Source: Octopus sinensis (lineage: Eukaryota). From it: DNA of 64,000 bases. The notes under the pieces are model-generated. The model was not told the DNA's origin and searched no databases. It saw nothing but the letters and a program-made list of their open reading frames with translations. A program made the translations under genes and the position numbers. This document shows, one piece after another, positions 54,914-64,000 of the stretch. The stretch is from assembly GCF_006345805.1 (NCBI RefSeq), contig NC_043009.1:38192001-38256000 (forward strand), in the 5' to 3' direction. Each line of letters opens with the position of its first letter. The first letter of the stretch is position 1.

Positions 54914-56572
54914 GTTCTTGTCTTTCTTTTTCTGTCCATTTTCTCTTATGCAATTCTGTTTATGAGGTTATTTGTAAAAAGAGAGAAGGAATTAAGAAGG
55001 AGAGACAGAGACTGAGATAGAAAGAAAGAAAGAGAGTGAATGAGAGAGAGAGAGAGAGAGATCGGAAGAGAGGGAAAGATGGGGAGCGGAAGAAAGAGAC
55101 GATAACGAATGAAAAATAAACAATTTTCAGATATACTTCGTTTGGTAAATTCAAAGCTTTTTTTTTGCATCTATGATTAAACGAGTTTAATTTCATTTTA
55201 AATATTTATCGAAAATTAACCGAAGAAATATACAACTTCAGATAAAAAATCTCCTTTATAGATTACAGACGAGAGAGCGAGAGACGAAAAGAGAAAGGGA
55301 GAGAGTGACAATGTGAGGGAGAGAGAGAGAGGAGGAAGGGGAGGGAGCTTCAAAAACTTGGAATTTCCCCATACAATAGATTCAACGAAGCTGATCAGCA
55401 GATTTGCAACAATCAGAAACTGTATCGAAATTCAATAAAGAGATAACTCGAGGATTTTCCTCTATGTAGAAATTATAATGAAAACATCTATTCTGTTGCA
55501 TAGTTTCATAAAAATCAATCGCTGGAACCTTCTTCTCTTTGCAGTATCTTTTGTTTTGCTTAATTTCCTCTAACGAGTAGTTAATTACCGTGTTTATCAA
55601 TTGTGTTCTCATTTACTCTCCTTATTACAGACTTCATCTAGTTCATTAAAAATGATAACATCGTTAGTTAGTTTATTTATTTATCTATTTATCTCTTTAT
55701 TTATTTATTCATTCTCGGCTGTAAGATACAAAAATATAACAAAATCGCTAGATTCGAATCTATTAATAAGGCTTAATAAATTATTCCATATTAATTTGCC
55801 GTTTTAACAATGTCCGTAGCAACAACTGGGATCAATTCCGTTGTTAAAAATCACACAGTTGAATTCGTTTCATAGAAATTTTCGCCTTTTATTTTTAATT
55901 ACTTAACTACAATCATGTTATTTTACAATTCAACAAGAGGTCACGATACTTTGATATAATGACCCTTAGTTGCAAACATGTATCAATTCCCAAATCGTTG
56001 TTGTCCAGTTTTTCTGTCTTAAAATGTGCACTTGCTCAACTTCGGTTTTTGTTCCCCAAATAATTTCACGTTTTAGTTAAATACTTTCGTAATTTAGAAA
56101 TTATTTAGGAATAATTTTAATTGCATTGGGAATTAATGAATCTATTTGTTGCATTGTAATTTATGTACAGGGCTGTCGATAAGTTCTGGCCAATCTAGAT
56201 GATTGTTTTGGGTGTCGTTAAAATCTGGAGGCGTACGCAGGAGAACTGAGACGCAATTTCTTAATCCAATAAAGACATGAACGCTTCTCAATAACGAGAA
56301 CAGCTGAGGTCACTCTCAGAACAAAGAAGAATAAAGGACAAGGGTGAGGTAGGCAAGAGGACTGTGTGGTGTTGTGACTAGTCACATGATTTAGCGTAAA
56401 ACTTCATATTGTGTCAGTTAACAGATTTACTCGGTGCTACATATTTTATTCTGTCTTTTCGTTAGGAGGGAAGAGAGCGTTCGTGATCCGTGTCAGGACT
56501 TCTGAGATTTGTGGGAAGGAAGAAAGGGAGTAAGTACCATCAAATCGGGAACATGTTCCGAGTGCTAATATC

Positions 56573-56804
56573 TATTTCTTTACTACCCACAAGGGGCTAA
56601 ACACAGAGGGGACAAACAAGGACAGGCAAAGGGATTAAGTCGATTACATCGACCCCAGTGCGTAACTGGTACTTAATTTATCGACCCCGAAAGGATGAAA
56701 GGCAAAGTCGACCTCGGCGGAATTTGAACTAGGAACGTAACGGCAGACGAACTACAGCTACGCATTTCGCCCGGCGTGCTAACGTTTCTGCCAGCTCGCC
56801 GCCT
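56573..56804 (-). mobile_element. SINE family B1, full length, young
   Basis: 17-bp TSD ttccgagtgctaatatc at 56556-56572 and 56805-56821. Head ggcggcgagctggcagaaacgttagc with B-box gttcaaattcc. Confidence 0.94.
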
Positions 56805-56920
56805 TTCCGAGTGCTAATATCAGAATGAACTCTGCTAAAGGCATCTAAAGTATCAGATAGTGGGTTGACTGTTAAACCGAGCGACGGGTTAAGTCTACAA
56901 CCACACACAATCGTAAAACT

Positions 56921-57345
56921 ATGATGAGTGAAAGAGTAAAATCGCGAATACAAGCGGCCGAAATGAGGTTCCCCTGAAAGATCTCTGGAGTAACGTTACT
57001 CGACAGGGTGCGTAGCTTGGATATCAGGGAGTCTCTCCAAGTCGAGCCGTTACTTTCCTGCATTGAGGGGTCTCATATCTGGTATTACAGACATGTGATT
57101 AGAATATTGAAGGAAAGAATCCGAAGACGGATTTCTTCAAACCGAGCCAACCGGCATCAGGTCTACGAGTAGACCAAGACGAAGATGTTTGGATAATAAC
57201 CATGATCTCAGTATCTTACTCATGAGAATCCATCTGGAAAGAATAATGATGTCTGTTTCTGATTGGACTCTAAGGAAAAGGTACCCGAAAATTCTACCCC
57301 CGCGACTCTTCCAGGAATAGCGGGCGGAGAAGATGGATGGATGAA
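56921..57345 (+). mobile_element. RTE-clade LINE 3' fragment (Expander/Rex3-like)
   Basis: MSERVKSRIQAAEMRFP*KISGVTLLDRVRSLDIRESLQVEPLL..IE...YRHVIR..RPRRR. (GATG)n tail at about 57334-57343. Confidence 0.85.
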
Positions 57346-57944
57346 AGAATCGATATACTTTTGGAGGTGCATTTTTCTGATGGTGTATAAAAGGGTAATA
57401 ACCTGAAGTTGTAGGGAAAAATTTGAGTAAGAGCGTGCATTGTAGCTCTAGAATAAGGGGGCGCATATTGTAAGTTTGGCTTCAAAGTTGAATACTCTAA
57501 TATTCTAGCACTTACACTGTTTTAATCCTTATGTAAGGTCAACATTTCTTTTTCAAGCTTACAGCATCAACTGACATTTTCTGATTGCATTTATAACACA
57601 GCAAGGAAGGAAAATTGGATGTTGTATGCCTGTTGAATCGCTACACATATAGTGTTATCTTGCTTATAACCTGAGTGGCGTATCCTTTGGGTTTCTTAGA
57701 AACTCTATTTTAAATTTCCAGATTAGGCACTTCTTCACACATTTACAAAACGAGGGAACGAGGTATTCTAAAATAAATGTGTCCCTTGAAAGCATCGGAA
57801 AACGTAGTTGAATTGAAATTGTGTTAAGCAGGAATGGAAAACACAATCTGCGATCGCCGGAAGCTTACTGTTTCTTTTACGGCACTAACTATATTTACAC
57901 GTAACATTTATTATACGATAGAAATTTCGATGGAACCGTGAAAA

Positions 57945-57981
<37 letters not shown>

Positions 57982-58216
57982 AGGGAAGAGAGAGAATAGG
58001 AAATATAAAGAAGAAATTATAAAAAGAGAGCTTATGATTGTTCTGTTTTGAGAAAGGAAGAGAAAGAAACATGAGGCAGATAGATAGATAGATAAAGATT
58101 GATAGATATAGAGATACATACAAATAGATAGATAGAAAGAAAGATTGGTAGATAGATAGACAAACAGACATATATATATATACATATACATATCTATCTA
58201 TCTATCTATCTATCTC

Positions 58217-58312
<96 letters not shown>

Positions 58313-58939
58313 TATATATATATATATATATATATGAAGGGAGAGAGAAAGAGGGGGTGATAATGGATAGATAGATAGGGAGAGAGACAGAGGGACAGAG
58401 AGAGAGGCAGAGAGAGAAAGGTTGTGTGTGAGAGAGAAAGTCATGACATTTCAATGAAACAAGAAATAAGTTATAGATTGGTTGTCTTCTAAACACATAC
58501 AAATTTAATATCAAAAGATAACAATATTAACGGTTATGACGAATAACTGCAAAATTAATAAACTTACTTTTGTAGTTCTGATGTAATTCATGGCGTCCGT
58601 TTGAACAGCTCTTTAGTTTTGGAAATAAAAAAAAAAGAAAAGAAGAAAAGCAACGTAGACGATCAATTAAGAAAAAGGAAAACAACAACAACAAGAACTG
58701 CAACGACAACAAGTAAAATAAATACATAAAAATAAGAGAGAAATTAAAAATAATAAAATGAAAACGTGGTCGTGATAGATGTGCTCGAGTAGACTATACT
58801 TATTTAATAGCAGAAAAACGGTAGTGAAACCATCATAGAAAGCCGAGGTGTTCGAATTATGGCTTGCCAAATTGCATATGTATATATATATTATATATAT
58901 ATATATAAATACGTACATATGTATATACGTATATGTGTG

Positions 58940-59003
<64 letters not shown>

Positions 59004-59127
59004 GTATATATATATGCATATTCATGCATACATACATAAATACATACACATATTCGTACATACATACATACATACGTGCAAACGTATAACTATAGTCTTA
59101 AAATGCATAAATGTATGTGTGAATGCA

Positions 59128-59159
<32 letters not shown>

Positions 59160-59271
59160 CATGTATATATGTGTATGCTTGCTTGCGTGAGTGAATCTAT
59201 GTTTTGAACGATGTATGATTATATGCTTACACAAATACGAGCGCGCGCACACACCACACACTCACACACAT

Positions 59272-59303
<32 letters not shown>

Positions 59304-59435
59304 GCACAGACCCACCCACCCACGTATGTGCGAATGAATTTCTTATTCAATTCTTTGAATTCTTCGCTTAAAGAGGCGTTTTTGTAACAAAGTCAAAGGA
59401 ATTTCCATAACAACAATAGCCATAAAGATATATAT

Positions 59436-59502
<67 letters not shown>

Positions 59503-60311
59503 CATACATACATATGCTTTTGTGTGTGTATGTATAATATATAATGTATATTTATAAGGATTATTTAAACAACCATTGTTGTATATATCTTTCTATAATG
59601 GACATACGTTCCGCATGCAAATTGAATTTGTAATGTGTTTATAAGCTGTCTATTTTCTTGGCTTAAACCCTGCAAGTTTCCAAGATTTCTACTTAGATAC
59701 TTTGTAAGGTAACAATGTGTACCTATGATTAAGGCAGGGTGACGGGGTACAAGGGTAAATTCATAATCTGGGTTTTGAGACTGTTCTCCATAATTATACA
59801 ATTTCTCTCTTAAAGTGGCGTGGAGGTTCAATCTTTCGAGCGTCGGGGAAAATACCTTCTTCTATATATTGTTGCTCTTTAGATACTGAGGTCAAATATC
59901 ACCGAGGTGACCTTTGCTTTTCATGCACCCTGAGTCAATAGAATAATGTATTGGTTTAGTACTATGGTTATGATATCTACTAACCGTCACCAAACAAAAT
60001 ATCTGGGCTTGTTGCTAAATCAGTAGTGATTATAAGTATCCGATTTCATATCGATTTTAAAAGAAATATTTACATCCCATCTACCAGGAAGCTGGACGCT
60101 TATAATAGTACTTATATTTTGTGTCCCATTAATTATATTACGCTTGTTATGTAACCTTTTGATAAAGTGTTTCCTGGTAATGTTCTGTCAATATACCTTG
60201 TGTTGTAATGTATGTTTGTACTTCAGAAATATTTTATTTATAATTGCCCTAAAACAGTCTTCTACAGACACGATAACACACACACACACACACACACACT
60301 CACACACACAC

Positions 60312-60359
<48 letters not shown>

Positions 60360-60412
60360 ACACACACACACACACTCACACACACACTCACACACACACT
60401 CACACACACACT

Positions 60413-60450
<38 letters not shown>

Positions 60451-60879
60451 CATACATAAATAAATACACGCGCACACAGACACACAGACACATCTTATGA
60501 TTTGATAAGCGGTGCTGTATTTTATAAGTCTGCAAATAATATTGATAATATTTTATTTTATAAGCTTAAAGCTTATAAGCGATCACTGTTTAATATTCTT
60601 TTCTACTCTAGGCACAAGGCCCGAAATTTTCGGTACCGAGAACTTCTTCACCTCCTCCCATCTTGGAGACCTGAAAAATACCATGGTTGCTCATTCTCCA
60701 CTCAGCTTATGCCCTAACAAACATAACTCTCAATGGCTGCCTCGAGCGAAATTAAGTATTCTCCCACTTTTTCTGCTAGGAAGTTTGTTAATATCTCTCT
60801 TTCCATGGAACTTCACTGTCGATGATAATATTTATGGAGCAAAGTTCTTCAACAGACCAGTCCAATATCTCAAATATTA

Positions 60880-61262
60880 GTTTCAAATTTTGGCACAAGG
60901 CCAGTAGGTTTGGAAGAGGGGTTAAATCGATTAAATCGACCCCAGTGTTCAACTGGTTCTATCGATCTCAAAAGGCAAAGTCGATCCCAGTGGAATTTGA
61001 ACTCAGAACGTAATGTCAGACGAAATACCTATTTCTTTACTACCCACAAGAAGCTAAACACAGAGAGGACAAGCCAGGACAGATAAACTGATTAAGTCGA
61101 TTACATCGACCCCAGTGCATAACCGGTACTTAATTTATCAACCCCGAAAGGATGAAAGGCAAAGTCGACCTCGGCGGAATTTGAACTCAGAACGTAGCGG
61201 CAGACGAAATACCGCTAGGCATTTCGCCCTGCGTGCTAATGATTATGCCAGCTCGCCGCCTT
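60880..61262 (-). mobile_element. SINE family B dimer (B1 followed by core and B2 tail)
   Basis: Head reverse complement ccagctcgccgcc at about 61248-61260. Junction at 61029/61030. Confidence 0.88.
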
Positions 61263-62099
61263 GCCTATATCTAAAATATTGGGCGCCGGTATTAGTTCCA
61301 TTAATGCATAGTCAGAACTTTTTCTTTTTCAGGGAAAAAGTCTGACCGTTGTAGTTTTAAAGTCTGATGTAATTCATTTTGGTCACCCTGTCTTTGTACA
61401 CAAAATCTTAACGCGTTACATTTCCGTCATTACCTAACTATCTGTGATGCTCATGGGAATTTAAAAAGGAAAAAAAAAAACGGATCTAAATCATTTGAGT
61501 TTATAAAGCTATTTTGCTGCAGTCAGTTATCGCCTAAAATTTTAATTTTTGTGGGACCAAAATTCATCGCAATATAAGCTTTAACAATATTGTTATTAAG
61601 TATTGCCACTTTTCAGCATTGTAAATATTTTCAGCATAGATTTTTAGATCAGAGCCAAATAAATTATTGATTTTATTAGCACCGCTAGCTGTTTTCTAGC
61701 ATATAACCACTGGACTTTTGTAAAAGAAATGACAGTGAATTTAATGCCAAAATAAACTCAATGACAGACAAATTGTCTCCTTGGAATATTTCTTTTGAAA
61801 ATTTTATAACATCACAGACAATCGTGATTTGCTTTCAGTTAGAAGCTTGAGGAATATTAACCAAGTATTTATGAACCTTTCAATGGCAGCGACTAGGAGA
61901 GCAGGCACTTTTGTCAAAGTCTGGAATTCCAGCAATGGCGGGTGGGAAATACCATCAACACCTTTCTGCAGTCAAACCTTAGTGCCACATTACAAAATTT
62001 CTGTACTGTTACCTTTAACTTGAGACACTACTCTTATATTTACTGACAATTTGGTACGTTCCTCCATCTTTCTTTCATTCTACTAAATAAACAACCTCT

Positions 62100-62700
62100 A
62101 TTTTGTAGACTCATCAGTTCGTATCCTATCTTGTTGGACACACCATTCTCTATCATGTTGGATTCATCAGTCTCAACCTTGTTGGACTCATGATTTAATA
62201 GCTTGTTGGACTCATAAGCTAATATCTTGTTGGACTCGTGAGTCTCTTTCTTCTTGAACGCATCAGTTTCTATCATGCTAGACTCATGAGCATATATCCT
62301 GTTGGGCTCACGAATCTCTATCATGCTGGATTCATCAGTATCTTGCTGGACTTATGAATCTCTATGATGTTGGACTCATGAGTTCTTTTGTTCTCGGGCA
62401 CATCAGTCTCGATCTTGTACTCATCAATATCTTATTGGACTTGTGAACCTCTATTATGTTGGACTCATAAGCTAATATCTTGTTGGCTTCATGAGTCTCT
62501 TTCTTCTTGAACATATCAGTTTCCATCATGCTAGACTCATGAACATATATCCTGTTGGGCCCGCGACACTCTATCCTGCTGGACTCATCAGTTTCTTGCT
62601 GACCTTAGGACTCTCTATCTTGATGAACCCATCAATCTCAATCACATATGACTCTCGTGTCTCAATATTGTTTAATTTATCAAAGTCTATTCTGTTAGTC
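62100..62700. repeat. Degenerate 24-bp minisatellite with a 253-bp higher-order duplication
   Basis: Minus consensus about CATGAGTCCAACAAGATAGAGACT. The block at 62211-62340 recurs at 62464-62593. Confidence 0.88.
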
Positions 62701-63543
62701 TCACGATGAGCCTTGGAAAAATTGATTGCGACAACTCATGAACAGCTTGTAAACTATATCTAGAGGTAAGCAGTAGGTCAATAATTTTCAGTCAAGAATT
62801 TTCATAATTTCGTTACAAGATTTGTCTGTGTTGTGTTATATACACGAAATTTCAGTGATGATAGTAACGATGTCATACACTTTTGGTTACGTTAGTACGT
62901 CTTTCCATAATACTTCTACAAACGTCAATAACTTTCTTAGAAACTAAACGTAATGTAATAAGCATTAAACTATTATCTCGCTTCTCGGCAGGTTCCCATT
63001 ACGCAGCTCCCCCCATAGCTTAAGTAAATATTTTCAGATTTTATGATATAAGTATTACTGTCAGTGTGGTTACATTGTTCCTTCTTGATTGTTATTAAAG
63101 CAATAATGTATTTCTGGGTGGAGGCCTTTCTTTTTTTTGTTTTTGTTTTTCTCTCTAGATCTGAAACTAGTATGATTTAAAATCTTCCTAAGGACGGGCT
63201 CGTTTTAAGGAGAGATTATTTTTCACCATTACCGTCATTCATCTTCCACTCGTTGTTATCTTTATCAGATACAATCATTGCTTGTTCTCATTAAGAGAGT
63301 AATTTCAATCAAATCTATTTTCTCAGCTCCATACGTTAAGTATGTAAACTACGTGTTCACGATTCGATGTATAACACGCAACTACATATGTCATACCGCA
63401 AAACTTATGTAACATAAAAATGTTATCCTATCATTAAGATAAGGATTGACAAACCTAACTCGAAATACTGATGCACAGATCAGAAGAGAAAGTTAGCTCT
63501 ATAACAAATATTATTTCAATAATTTTGGCAAATAGGGGAGACA

Positions 63544-63586
63544 ACTTCGGGCATGTTTCAGTACTACTGGACTTCATCAGCGAAGC
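63544..63586 (-). ncRNA. Minimal type I hammerhead-like motif, probably inactivated (U16.1>C)
   Basis: GCTTCG-CTGATGA-AGT-CCAGTAGT-ACT-GAA-ACATGC-C-CGAAGT: 6-bp stem I, 3-bp stem II, stem III one base from the palindrome ACATGT. Confidence 0.55.
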
Positions 63587-64000
63587 ATCGATTTCACTGC
63601 AGTTACTGAAATAGTCATTAGAGAAATACGAAATGGCATGTAGAGGATTATACACGAACACAGATTAGTATGAAAGAAAAACAGTAAAATAAATAAAAAT
63701 GGTAAATCACTAATCTTAATGAGTCAAGGACGCTATCCGAACGAATAACAATAGTTAAGTTAGTATCAATACATTCCGTGTAGTGAGTATTAAGCATTTA
63801 GAAAGATATAACTTGTTTGCTGACAAAAATCTAGCATTAGCTCTATAACGTGACAAGACAAAATATAACTATTGTTCGATTAATAAATTATTGGTGCGTT
63901 AACGTTGTATTAATATTTCGATACTATATAGTAATATTCAATACATTCATTTATTCATTCATTCATACATACATACGTACATACATACATACATACATAC

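Noticed and set aside
62100-62700. CTGATGAGTCC..GGAT units in the minisatellite resembling the hammerhead core plus stem II
   Set aside because: No correctly placed GAAA-stem III-NUH or stem I. The similarity is explained by the repeat consensus.

Overview
AT-rich, microsatellite-saturated eukaryotic genomic DNA. The repeat content (tRNA-derived SINE families, mariner/Tc1 relics, RTE LINE fragments, (TA)n/(TCTA)n/(ACC)n tracts) looks like a coleoid cephalopod, most likely Octopus; this is an inference from memory, not a database result. Almost all ORFs in the supplied track are translations of simple repeats or transposon debris. The only plausible host-gene signal is a pair of small candidate terminal exons at 26-66 and 407-470. 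Recognisable elements: three decayed DD34D mariners, an internally deleted maT/Tc1-like element, Tc2/pogo-like and hAT-like MITEs, RTE/CR1/Jockey-like LINE fragments, about 30 SINE copies from at least five families (several with clear target-site duplications), and a 24-bp minisatellite. The most interesting signal is a set of unrelated small repeats carrying minimal, Penelope-type hammerhead ribozyme motifs. The best lies at 33286-33330: a U3-A8 covariant core, a palindromic stem III and a GUC site, sitting in the loop of a ~170-bp near-perfect inverted repeat whose right arm starts at the predicted cleavage nucleotide. Others are a tRNA-headed SINE with a hammerhead tail (31495-31800), a stand-alone motif at 63544-63586, and degenerate motifs at 10756-11002, 11082-11500 and 15986-16028.
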